Shown here piece by piece: positions 25,490-36,948 of a DNA stretch of 64,000 bases. Made by a program: the position numbers and the translations under genes. The notes below the pieces were generated by a model that searched no databases, was not told the DNA's origin, and saw only the letters and a list, made by a program, of their open reading frames with translations. Location of the stretch: positions 3,433,950-3,497,949 of the forward strand of contig NC_134026.1 of NCBI RefSeq assembly GCF_964204645.1, read 5' to 3'. Positions within the stretch are counted from its first letter, which is position 1. The number at the start of each line of letters is the position of its first letter. This stretch comes from Tubulanus polymorphus. Its lineage: Eukaryota; Animalia; Nemertea.

Positions 25490-26403
25490 TCCTGACTAAA
25501 CTATCAACTAAACTGCAGTCCAGTTATTGACTAAAATATGGACTAAACCGTAGTCCAGTTATTGACTAAAATATGGACTTAACCGTAGTCCAGTTATTGA
25601 CTAAAATATGGACTTAACCGTAGTCCAGTTATTGACTAAAATATGGACTAAACCGTAGTCCAGTTATTGACTAAAATATGGACTTAACCGTAGTCCAGTT
25701 ATTGACTAAAATATGGACTAAACCGTAGTCCAGTTATTGACTAAAATATGGACTTAACCGTAGTCCAGTTATTGACTAAAATATGGACTAAACCGTAGTC
25801 CAGTTATTGACTAAAATATGGACTTAACCGTAGTCCAGTTATTGACTAAAATATGGACTAAACCGTAGTCCAGTTATTGACTAAAATATGGACTTAACCG
25901 TAGTCCAGTTATTGACTAAAATATGGACTAAACCGTAGTCCAGTTATTGACTAAAATATGGACTTAACCGTAGTCCAGTTATTGACTAAAATATGGACTA
26001 AACCGTAGTCCAGTTATTGACTAAAATATGGACTTAACCGTAGTCCAGTTATTGACTAAAATATGGACTAAACCGTAGTCCAGTTATTGACTAAAATATG
26101 GACTAAACCGTAGTCCAGTTATTGACTAAAATATGGACTAAACCGCAGTCCAGTTATTGACTAAAATATGGACTAAACGGTAGTCCAGTTATTGACTAAA
26201 ATATGTACCACACCGCAGTCCATTTATTGACTAAAATATGGACTAAACGGTCGACCAGTTATTGACTAAAATATGGACTAAACCGTAGTCCAGTTATTGA
26301 CTAAAATATGGACTTAACCGTAGTCCAGTTATTGACTAAAATATGGACTAAACCGTAGTCCAGTTATTGACTAAAATATGGACTTAACCGTAGTCCAGTT
26401 ATT
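25490..26403. repeat. 35-bp minisatellite, ~26 copies
   Basis: gactaaaatatggact(a/t)aaccgtagtccagttatt, containing the hairpin tggacta-aaccg-tagtcca. Confidence 0.95.
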
Positions 26404-26408
26404 AATTG

Positions 26409-26804
26409 AACGAAGTGGCTACTCGTACGGACCCGTACGAATAATTCCGTAGGCTATTCGTACGCACCCGTACGGATTACTCTGGAATTATGTGTACGGG
26501 AAGGGATAGGGTTAGGGTAAGGTGAGGCTATATGTAGTTAAAACATTCGACCGACTGTCAGCGAGCTCGGTGGTCCAGTGGTACGATGCTGTGCTAGTAA
26601 TTTACTGGCCCGGGTTCGAGTATCGCTCTATCCGCTATTTTTCTCTAATTCTATTCTCCACACTTTCCTTGAATTTTCTAAGTCGTGCACCTCTGTGCGC
26701 ATGCGCGGCGTTAATCGGCCAATCAGCGACAGTGTACAGATCCTAGTCCCGTACGAATAGTCTCCAGAGTAATCCGTACGGGTCCGTACGAGTAGCCACA
26801 GCGT
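26409..26804. mobile_element. MITE with long TIRs, internal telomere-like and tRNA-like segments
   Basis: aacgaagtggctactcgtacggacccgtacg ... cgtacgggtccgtacgagtagccacagcgtt. Internal ggttagggtaagg, A box tggtccagtgg and B box ggttcgagt. Confidence 0.75.
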
Positions 26805-27249
26805 TGATTAAACTGCAGTCTGCTTCCTGACTAGTCAGTAACCTGTCTGTGGTTTAGTTTCACGATCGGATATTTTCACAAACCACATTATATTTTTGAA
26901 GTGTTACTTTTTTCAACCGTGTTTTGGCCCTTGTCATGCCTAATGTTGGTATAAGCTCATCCGATTATAAAAAGCTTACCACCAACGATTTAGGGAACTA
27001 ACTACTTCCTGACTAATGGACTGAACCGCACAGTCCAGTTACTTGATTTATTAAACATAAATCAGGATTTCGTATGAAACGCATTGGTCCGGAGGCCTAC
27101 ACAACTTAAATTCTTTATGTTGTAACTTATCTCTATTGACTGGAATATGAATAACATGATGAATATTTCACAATTTCGACAATATTTGGAACCGAAACCA
27201 GGAAATGAAGTTACTTCCTCAAGTTATTTCTCATCCACCAGAGCCTCCA

Positions 27250-27310
27250 TTCACTATTCAATTCAATTCAAACTTTATTCACCATAGATTCGTTAGCAAA
27301 TTCAATTGAG
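27250..27310 (-). mobile_element. Probable non-LTR retroelement 3' tail
   Basis: Minus strand reads aataaagtttgaattgaattgaat (polyA signal plus microsatellite tail). Confidence 0.35.
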
Positions 27311-27744
27311 TTTAAGAGTGGTGACAAAATTGCATCATATGTCAAAATGAAAAATTTATACTCGAACAATTGAGAAATTTGAAATAGAATAAGAGACTAG
27401 AAACATAAAAGGATATGTTCAAAATAAATGTCCTAATTTTATCAGTGTGACATAAATTGAGTTTTCCAAAATTAAAAAGAGAATTGAAAGAAATTGATAT
27501 TAGATGATAATAGATTTTTTAATTAATGAAATTCGAAATAATTGAGATTTAGACAATTTGAGATTTAGGAAATCGAATAATGCATCAAATAATGTGAGAT
27601 AAAATAATTGTGATTGTGAATTTGAGATCAAATAATTTCAGATGTTGGAAATCAAATAATTTGAGATGTTTGTCAAAAATGATCGAGAATTTGAGATACT
27701 CAAGATGAACTAAATGAGATTGATGAAGTAGAGTTTGTACTTAC

Positions 27745-27844
27745 TCAAATCACAAAACGCGCCGAGGGATGCCGGATCTAGTGCAAGAACCTCGGCGCGC
27801 ACCAACTTCAAAAGCCCACAAAAAATGTCTGATTTCGTAGACAT
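27745..27844 (-). CDS. First coding exon of the orphan gene (MSTKSDIFCGLLKLVRAEVLALDPASLGAFCDL)
   Basis: accATG start, 33 codons + 1 nt, then a gtaagt donor. Phase 1 matches the acceptor at 21579, giving ~319 aa. The exon acceptor tttttacattgcag is near 27973. Confidence 0.6.
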
Positions 27845-28597
27845 GGTCAAAGGAGAGGTAGAAGTTGAAGTCGTTTGATGTTTAAGTTGTAGTTGAAGTT
27901 GTATAGTCTTGTTGGTATCAATGTATATCGCCGCGTACTGTTGTCGCTGATGCTGATGCTGCTGCTGCTGCTGCTGCAATGTAAAAACAATAATGTTATA
28001 AAAATCAAGAAAATCGAAAATTATTGATTCTAAGAAATAGTTAACTCGAGTTTATATTAAATAATAATAATAATTAACATTAAATTATTAGGCATCATTA
28101 TTTTCTAAATATTAAATATAGAAGCCACCAGCATTAAGTTGAACGACGCTTCGAATGAAAGGTTTCTATGGATTCGAGTTACGGTTGAATAGACTGAGCT
28201 GTCTGTGTATTACACCTAGGCATGTCAACTAGCCGCTTTAGCGCGTCGATTTGAACACCAGAAAAACAGCTTCCGAAAATTTCATAAATAAATTTGATAA
28301 ATTTCCATTTCCTCAATAAAATCACAATAACGTCTTCATTATTACGAGAGCGAAATTGAAAATCAAATGTTGTAATTTACTTCTAAATATTTAAAACACA
28401 ATTTGGACAATTTTGAGCAAAATGAACGTCACAATGGAAATGTCATAATTAAACACCTATATAATATAATCCGAACTTTCGGAACTTTGGAAATTGTCTC
28501 GTATGCGAAACCTAAGGTCTATGTATAAAATTTACAAGTAAGATAAATAGAATAAATAAATTTGATCGAAATAAATAAATAAAATTGATGACGTTTG

Positions 28598-28700
28598 CTT
28601 ACCTGTGAAAATGGCCGAACTGGAAAGAGGGATCAGCTGACCTGAGTTTTTATACTGACAGTGTGACGTCACTCAGACTGACCAATGAAAAGTACCAATA
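28598..28700 (-). promoter_or_regulatory. Pol II promoter and short non-coding first exon
   Basis: CCAAT at 28682 and 28695, full CRE TGACGTCA at 28664-28671, TATAAAAA at 28654-28647 (minus), Inr-like CCAGTT ~30 nt downstream, gccatttt, then a cag|gtaag donor at 28603. Confidence 0.7.
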
Positions 28701-28951
28701 TTACCGCCAAGTTTAAAAAATCATTTTCTGATGGGATTCGAACCTGATCAACACCACAAAAATTCCATTTAGTTCGAATGCACGCAAATTCAATTAATAT
28801 TCACACTGATGTTTCCTCAGTTTACCCCAGTTATCTGTTTAACTTAATCTGTTTGATAAACTGTTTAAGATGCATTCTGAAAATCGATTTTAAGCAAACT
28901 GAACACATACAAAATCACATACCAGACAAACTTACATACACTAGTGATTAC

Positions 28952-29024
28952 CACAGATCTATGGTCTAGTGGTTAGAATTCCCGCCTGGTAAACCGGAGA
29001 CCATAGTTTCGAGTCCTGCAATAG
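28952..29024 (+). pseudogene. tRNA-derived sequence (Glu/Asp-like pseudogene or SINE head)
   Basis: tggtctagtggttagaattcccgcctggtaaaccggagacc...ttcgagtcc. Acceptor and T stems do not pair. Confidence 0.5.
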
Positions 29025-30688
29025 CAAACATACGCTTTTGGTAATTTGCCCCAAGTCTGTTTCTTTTTTTAATATTTCAGATTGTGATGAGGGGTGGCCG
29101 GTGATATTGATTTGAAGATGAAATAATTTTAGTGGATCATGAATTTAGGAAAAAGATTACAGCACCACTGACCCATGTTTAAACCTACAGAAATATTTCG
29201 GATGATGGATGTAATTTCAGAGGGTATAATTTGAAACGCCAATAAGAGCAGCCCCAAAATGTGATCAGTAGTCTGAGTGAGTGAAACCTGTGATGGCTCT
29301 CACTCTTAATTACGAATCTATTCGATTCTTATTCAGTACATACAGTCGGCCATTTACTGTTGGGTGCTGCCCCTATATAATATACCGCACTGAGTGACTG
29401 TAAATTTGCAAGGTATCTGCAATCTACTATTGGCTAAATATATGTATATTATATGTTAATAATGTATGAATTTATATGTGAAATAGATATTTATTACGAA
29501 AAATGGTTGTTTATTGTATTTATTGATTGGTCCCCTGGTGTTATCATGATTTGAGTTTTATGTAGGGATGAAGACGATGGGATCATTGGATGAGTAATTC
29601 AAAAGGCAAATTAGATTGGATTGGCACAACTTATGAATCACAACTTATAGATTATTGGAATCGATTATTTGATTGGAATGTAAACTGCCAGGGAGGACCA
29701 TTGGACAAACTACGATCCGTACTGTACTGTTGCACCGGTTACAACAACTTCGGGGAACCCCTGCGTATTATTAAGCGATTAATATTTTAGAAGCATAGAT
29801 CGCCATCTATCAGAATCTCCCTGAACTGGCCAGTTCTAATTCAGGATTTGCACCATGTTGATAAATGTTAAAATGATAGATCGCCATCTACCGGAATCTT
29901 CGAGACCAGTTCATTGAAATTCCAATAGGTAGCGATCAGATCATAGGATTTTCAAATCTGTTTATATCCTCTCTCTACATACCGACACTTGATCAGAGAG
30001 TAATAAACTATAGTATTTTCATTCACCGATTAATAAAGACCCATTTGGTTTTCGGTTGACTTTGGACCGTTGTAACTGAACCCAACAATCGAACCATGGC
30101 AATGTCCATTTCTCGAAGCCAAGGTGTAATAACATGCTATGACCAAATATCGTTTAATCACTGTTGATTGAAAAATCGGAAACCTATATCGTCAGTCGAG
30201 CAGAGACAGGGAAAAATACATTGAAATACCATATTGTAAAATATTATCAGTACAATGCAAATAATAAGATATATCCTACACAGATCTAGATACTAAGTTT
30301 GATCGATCACTTTCATGTCATGGTTTGTGATAACAGGTACGTAGAGGAATTCATTGTAATCTAATTGGATTTGAGAGGAGCTGGATCGAGATTGGTCATC
30401 ACAGGTAATGAGTTCAGTACACCACCCCTTAACGCACGGGCCGTCTTGTGCGACACCATTGATCACCGATTCAATCTCTGATGTGTGACAATATACGTTG
30501 GCAAGTTGCATAAGGGTTGGGGGATTTATGGAGGCAGCCATCTCTTTCCCAAAAAGGTCGGTCTAATCGTATCAATTTGGATATGGGGGACTTAATGAAA
30601 GTAACCAACTTGTTGATGAAAGACCCGGGAGCAGATCATTTTGTGGAGCAGAGAAAGATCCCTTCAAATATATGCATTTATTTTCAGA

Positions 30689-31993
30689 ATGGAACGGATA
30701 ATTGTTGTGATTTTAGTGGTCGTCGGTCTAGTGATAAATGTCTGTAGAACTGAGGTATATACTCTAGAATAGAGAGGCGATATTTTCGCCAATTTAACTG
30801 ATAGTTCGCCATTCAAAATAAAGGTGATGTACACCATAGAGACCTCCTTGCTCGCCCAGCGCTCAACAAATCAGTGAATTTTCAAAATTTGATATGAAGA
30901 ACCATAGACTCTAAAACAAATTCGTTTTAGAGTCCGGTTATACAAACACTACTAAGAAAGGCGCAGTTCAGTTGGGTTCTGAGTTGGTTGGTAGGTACGT
31001 ATGTTTGTAAATTTGTGTGATTTGCAGGATGAAATGAACAAGAATTCAATGTCTTCAAATATAGAACTATCAGTAACTATTCACGATGTTGATAAACTGA
31101 TCACTGATTTAGGAGTGAATGCTGATCTGACTGGCAAAATTAGTGAGTAATATATATCTTGTGTAGACTTGTGTTACAAATGTAAATCTTTTTTCAACCC
31201 TTTCCCTCAAGCATGTTCGAAATACTGCATGTTCTAAGGGAGGTCCAATCATTGAATGTCCATCTCAGCCACTGGGACGATCGATTGACCATTTGTCAAG
31301 ACAAATATTCGCCAATTGATATTTCAGAAAAGTTGGAGAAAAAGATTTTGTCCCAAGTTCAGAATCTTGACGTCGAACTGTCAAAGTTTGGTGATGAATG
31401 TAGTAAGTATTTAAGCGTAAATTAAAACGAGGATGATTCTCATACCAAGACGCAGGTCCCCTTATAGACTACGTACGTGAGTTCCGTGGACTAACTCTGG
31501 TACCCCGGAGATTCCCCGTGAAATATCCTCAGTAATACTGAGTCACCTGAAACTGAAATCAACACACTTTACTCATATCATTTAGAGAAAGAGAACTCCA
31601 ACTTGGAAGCAAAGTTCACAGAGGAGTTAAAAGAATTTGATCATAATTTAGGTAAGTGATTAAACAAGTTGGATCCAGGGCCCAGTTCCACACAAACAAT
31701 TCAAACTTAACCGTTTTAGGCTAAAACTTTTTCTTGAAACTATGCCCAATTCTAATGAGTTGTAGTTTCATTAATCGCAGATTGTATTGATGATTGAATC
31801 GCTTGGAAGTCGTTTATATATCCATCTATTTTGTAGATAATTTCGCTGCGCAAATCGATACTATTTCCGGTATGATCGGTAAGTTGTTCCACGAATGAAA
31901 TACACGAATCACGGATTCCTTTCACCAATAATAGAGAAAATATATGATGTATATATTTGTGATGACTCAGGCTCGCTACTTTCAGTGGATTAA
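30689..31993 (+). CDS. Multi-exon small secreted helical/coiled-coil protein (~125-130 aa)
   Basis: Exons 30689-30754 (signal peptide MERIIVVILVVVGLVINVCRTE), 31028-31142, 31328-31402, 31586-31651, 31837-31878, then 31971 or 31986 to TAA at 31993. All GT-AG and phase-compatible. AATAAA at ~32182. Confidence 0.7.
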
Positions 31994-33246
31994 GTTCATT
32001 GGATATCACAACCGGGACTAATTATGATATATACGTAGTTAATCAAATTGTTTATTGCAGCCAAGTTGAATGGTGCATAGGTCGCTGGAGTGAGATTGTA
32101 ATGGTATTGAGTAATGGAATACTTGAAAATAATGTGTCGTTTTTTCGAGGCTAAAATGTGTTTTTGTCCTGTAATTGTTCTAATAAACTACGCAATTTAC
32201 AATCCAACTTGCGTCATTCTACTTCCGTCTTGTAACATTTTAATGAATTTAGCATCAATTCTACTTAATTCCATCTTGTCTCATTAAGTTCATTAGTTTA
32301 GACTCTCGTCCAGCAAGTCTATGGAGTGGAAAGTTGTTCTACCAGTCGCCCAGATATCATGTCACCTTAGTACAGTCGGTGGGTTCCGAATCACGTCAAA
32401 AAAGAAGAACCGAATCACTGATATCGTATGGCATGTTCCTACACCCGTCCTTTGCACCATTTACCCCGTATTTTTCACTTGGGCCGATCGACCCAAAGGC
32501 GACAATTCCGCGTTTTAAGATTAAAATGTGACTAGTCTGACCGGGCTTTACTCCACGGTTATGCGATGCGCAACTGGTTTTAGTAGGCGAATCAAACTGA
32601 AGCCGTACGTAGCTATTCACGCTGTAAGGTTACTTTGCCGCCTTGAGTCTGATCAATGGCATCAGATACTACAGTTAACTGACCCGTACGTGTACTAACT
32701 TGAAAAACAGAATCGGTGGATTTAATGGTGGAAATATTGCACCAGAAAAGAGTCCCGAGGTTCGTCTTATAAGTAAAAAGGAATATTGATGAAAATTCTA
32801 AATTAAATTCATATTGTTCTATCGGAAGTATCGCATCCCACCTTCTTTCAAGTTGAATAACCTGATATCCATTCACCGATAATTCTCTTGAATCAATACA
32901 AAATTTTGATTGAGTTGACGTCAAGTACAGCGAGCACCTGCACAGTGCAAGACAAGTGAGCTCCGTTACAACGATATGAGCACGAGAGAAATATATTTCC
33001 GAGAAATATCAAAAAACAAAAACATTCTGAATGCAAATCTATAATAAATGACACAAAAGATTTTCTAACTGCTTAGAGTTAAAACTGATTTAATCAATGA
33101 ACACCTACAGAATACGGATTTGAATTTGTAGTTTCACACAGCTATGGAACAGGCTGTAGCCAATAGAATGCAAAGATTAAAGTTCGAATTCATAAACGAT
33201 TGTTAATTTCTAAAACTAATTTCATCGCGTTAATTGTAAGTAATAG

Positions 33247-33744
33247 CTAGAAACCCGTGATCTTTCCAGTAAAACCGGTTCCACTTCCACCGCCATCAAT
33301 AAATCCAGCATGCTCTACACCTTCTGCGGCAGCACTGTCAATATCACCGATCAGCTCTGTTGGTTGAGTTCCTGGATTATACCCAAACTTCTCCATCATA
33401 AACCTGTCTAATTTCGATCCTAATAACCTCAAAATTTCATTCGCTGTTCTTTTCACTGTCCGTTTCAAAGACAAGATCTTCTGCGCGTTCCATTCGGCCA
33501 CGTCTTTCACTTCTCGCAAAATTCTCAATTCTTTCTCCTGATCGGTTTCGTTAACGATATGTCGTTCAGCGTCGATGAATTTCCGCAAACCCGGCGGCGG
33601 CGGCGGCGCGGGTATCTCCCCCTCCTGACTCCACAAGCCAGCGCGGCTGGAGGCCCGATTCCTTTTACCCGGAACCGGCACCGAACCTACGGTCGTCAAT
33701 CCGCTGTTCATAAGAATCACGAGGAAAACAACTAATACAAACAT
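33247..33744 (-). CDS. Secreted prepropeptide-like protein (165 aa)
   Basis: ATG directly after a ttttttccccag acceptor. Hydrophobic signal MFVLVVFLVILMNSGLTTVGS, GKR/KR dibasic sites, poly-Pro and a Gly-rich tail. Confidence 0.7.
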   Translation of the reverse strand: MFVLVVFLVILMNSGLTTVGSVPVPGKRNRASSRAGLWSQEGEIPAPPPPPGLRKFIDAERHIVNETDQEKELRILREVKDVAEWNAQKILSLKRTVKRTANEILRLLGSKLDRFMMEKFGYNPGTQPTELIGDIDSAAAEGVEHAGFIDGGGSGTGFTGKITGF

Positions 33745-34436
33745 CTGGGGAAAAAACAACAAAACTCTCGTCACATTTGAAACTGACTTGAAACTGTATT
33801 TCATAATCGGAAAAATGGCTTTCCATGCACCACACCCTCCTTCCTTTCTCAATCAGAGCCCCTGTTGTTGTAAAGTTTCTGATCCCACATACATAAACTT
33901 CTATTTCAGGTGTTTTTTGAAGAATGAGCGTATAAGTGATGGATGTGGAGTCATTTGACACCCTCACCTCGCGGACTCTGAGAGGATGGATTCAGTATTA
34001 TCGCCCGATGCCAACACCCCTCCTTGACTGAGCTTGATTGGAGCTACAAACTTTTGCTCAAATTCCTCACCCGTCGGGCAAGAATTTCTCTTTCAATAAC
34101 CTCTCACCTTTGAACTGAGATACGTGTCCAGTGGTCGCTTGACGTCTGAATGAGCAAACACAGAAATTAGTTCTTTCACTGCCGTACCAGTTGAACATTA
34201 ATTTGTATCAATAATGAGAAACAAATACTAGACCTCGCAATTTATATTTATTGTTCTTGACTTCATTCGTGTCAAAAACATCAATAGTTGATTGGCAGAT
34301 AATCAAAGGAAATATTAATTGAAAACTCGAGTTTTGGGTCAAATATTGGATTTCGCTGTTATTGCACGTATAGCCTCTTTAATGACAGACGAAAAAAAAA
34401 CGATATGAAAATCTCGTCGATTCAGAAATAGGGATT

Positions 34437-34730
34437 AGGGGCTCTTAAACCTATCATTAACATATAAATTGAGAGATATTTTATAAAGGATTGAACTTAG
34501 TTTAGTTTGTTTGCACGATATCGTTTTAACCCAAAAATTTATCATTCTACGCTTTGCGTCGATATACATAGGATAACGCCCTAGTTCCGCCAGCACTTGC
34601 ACATTATGGGAATAATTCGTAACTTTCATTATAATTTTACAGAATTAGCAGTGGAGGTTTTCTAGTAAATCGAGATTCTCATAACCCCAGATTTCGCAGC
34701 CGTATAGAGCTACATGAGCGACACACATGG
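34437..34730 (-). mobile_element. Duplicated RTE-X-like LINE fragment
   Basis: Near-identical to 35739-36030. Encodes LYGCEIWG...VLAELGRYPMYIDAK. Confidence 0.8.
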
Positions 34731-34737
34731 TGTCCTG

Positions 34738-34915
34738 ACCGTACGGTGCTGCCGCCTATGCTCATCGTTAGCGGGATTTCCATACACTAACTGAAGTCAA
34801 CTCTGGCAATCGTCGTGCTGTCAGTTATACTCCGTAACCCTTGCTTGCCAGAGTTGACTAACGTTAGTGTGTGAAAATCCCGCTACCGATGAGCATAGAG
34901 GCAGCACCGTACGGT
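34738..34915. mobile_element. Foldback MITE
   Basis: accgtacggtgctgcc...ggcagcaccgtacggt with ~75-bp inverted arms. Confidence 0.8.
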
Positions 34916-34962
34916 GAAATGTTGATATTTTAACAAAAGTAATTACTGATAACTGATGCTGT

Positions 34963-36030
34963 ACGAATACGAATACGAATACGAATACGAATACGAATAC
35001 GAATACGAATACGAATACGAATACGAATACGAATATTTATTACACTCCAAACATTTCCATGGTATATGGAGGAGAAAACAGTATTTACAATAATTACATA
35101 AACGGTAATAAAAGCTACAAAACTTAATTAACTGGACTCACACTTATGTAACACTTATGTACATAATATACTATTTACTATTTACAATACATATATTTAC
35201 AATACATATATTTACAATTCATATACTACCGGAGGGATTTATATACATCTAGACCTATTTTGATGAATTTAGCCTAATTTAAAGTTGGATTTTGAAATAC
35301 ATCTAAATTCCGAAAGGTATTTATTTATATCTAAGTGGTTTTCACGGGGTTCGGTTAGCAAATTACAATCGAAAATAAAATGTACTTCGTCAACTAAAAC
35401 GTTGCAGGCGGGGCATAATCTATCGGTTCTGGGTAAATGAAGGTTTGATAATCTATTTGCAGGCAGGAGATAAGACCCAATCCTGAACTGGAATAAACTG
35501 GTCACTAAATCGTCATCAAGCTGATTAATGTAGTTTTCAAATTTAATATCCTTCTTATATTGCCTAATATTAGTGTACAGCGAGTTATTATTCAACTTAA
35601 AATCTATCTCTTGTACGTGCTGGTCTCGGAGTACACATTTTAATTTCTTTGAGAGTGTCATAGAGTTAACCATTAATTGCTGCGTCCAAATATATGATAG
35701 ACCGCAGTCATCAAAAATCTTCTTAATAAATAACAGCCAGGGGCTCTTAAACCTATCATTAACATATAAATTGAGAGATATTTTATAAAGGATTGAACTT
35801 AGTTTAGTTTGCTTGCACGATATCGTTTTAACCCAAAAATTGATCATTCTACACTTTGCGTCAATATACATAGGATAACGCCCTAGTTCTGCCAGCACTT
35901 GCACATTATGGGAATATTTCGTAACTTTCATTATAATTTTACAGAATTAGCAGTGGAGGTTTTCTAGTAAATCGAGATTCTCATAACCCCAGATTTCGCA
36001 GCCGTATAGAGCTACATGAGCGACACACAT
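34963..36030 (-). mobile_element. 5'-truncated non-LTR retrotransposon (RTE-X-like) with (TATTCG)n tail
   Basis: Post-RT region LYGCEIWG...ELGRYP...FW...R-LCPAC...DEVHFIFDC (CCHC-like), then 3' UTR with aataaa and a (tattcg)n tail at 34963-35035. Confidence 0.85.
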
Positions 36031-36039
36031 GTTGTCCTG

Positions 36040-36217
36040 ACCGTACGGTGCTGCCGCTATGCTCATCGTTAGCGGGATTTCCATACACTAACTGAAGTCA
36101 ACTCTGGCAATCGTCGTGCTGTCCAGTGATACTCCGTAATCCTTGCTTGCCAGAGTTGACTAACGTTAGTGTATGAAAATCCCGCTACCGATTAGCATAG
36201 AGGCAGCACCGTACGGT
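36040..36217. mobile_element. Foldback MITE, second copy
   Basis: Near-identical to 34738-34915. Confidence 0.8.
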
Positions 36218-36239
36218 AAAATGTTGATATCTTAACAAA

Positions 36240-36652
36240 AGTAATTACTGATAACTGATGCAGAGTGGTCCTAATGCTGAATGGAGGATTCACGGGTGTC
36301 CTGGGTTCGAACCCAGTAATTACTGATACTGATCCAGAGTAATCCTGGTGCTAATTAGAGGATGTACAGGGGCATTCCGTGGTTCGAACCCAGTAATTAC
36401 TGACACACTGATTCAGAGTGGTCCTGATGCTGAATAGATGGGTGTTCGGTCGGGTTCGAACCCAGCAATTACTGATACTGATTCTGAGTGGTCCTGATGC
36501 TGGATAGAGGATTACGGGTGTACCGGGTCCGAACCTAATACTAGTAATTACTGATTCTGATCCAGAGTGGTCCTGGTGCTCATTAGAGGATGTACAGGGT
36601 TGTCCCGGGTTCGAACCCAGTAATTACTGACACTGGTCCAGAGTGGTCCTGA
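36240..36652. repeat. ~75-bp tandem repeat carrying palindromic B-box gggttcgaaccc
   Basis: cagagtggtcctgatgctg...gggttcgaacccagtaattactga x5-6. A further copy lies at ~36975-37060. Confidence 0.8.
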
Positions 36653-36669
36653 TATATGAGAAAACACAC

Positions 36670-36775
36670 TCATCAAAAGTCTTCTTAATAAATATTAGCC
36701 AGGGGCTCTTAAATCTATCATTCAGATACAAATTAAAAATCTTATAGAGAATTGAACTAAGTTTACTTTGTTTGC
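36670..36775 (-). mobile_element. Older RTE-X-like LINE fragment
   Basis: Diverged match to 35708-35815 (cttcttaataaat...agccaggggctcttaaa). Confidence 0.6.
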
Positions 36776-36798
36776 GCTAAATCAATATTTCTCATGTA

Positions 36799-36948
36799 AT
36801 CGCCATCTATTGGAATTTGGCTGAACCGACTAGACAGCTCTTATTTGTCTCACCGACTCTCCTTCGTATTCGTATTCGATTAAAGAAGAGTCAGTGAGAC
36901 AAATAAGAGCTGTCTAGTCGGTTCAGCCAACTTCCAATAGATGGCGAT
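36799..36948. mobile_element. Near-perfect hairpin MITE (~66-bp arms)
   Basis: atcgccatctattggaa...gctgaaccgactagacagctcttatttgtctcac and its reverse complement. Related termini occur at ~29798 and 29878-29936. Confidence 0.75.

Noticed and set aside
25490-26403. CRISPR-like array (also the 28-, 32- and 38-bp arrays)
   Set aside because: Contiguous repeats without unique spacers, no cas genes, eukaryotic context.
28952-29024. Functional tRNA gene
   Set aside because: Acceptor and T stems do not pair. Treated as a tRNA-derived relic, as is 26562-26627.
29080-29790. C-type lectin or fibrinogen-like exons (DCDEGWPVI..., Trp-rich ORF 29590-29790)
   Set aside because: Immediate stops and no diagnostic motif set, so no family can be assigned.
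32321-32924. Overlapping short ORFs on both strands (also 30293-30541)
   Set aside because: No recognisable domain and no coherent splice model.
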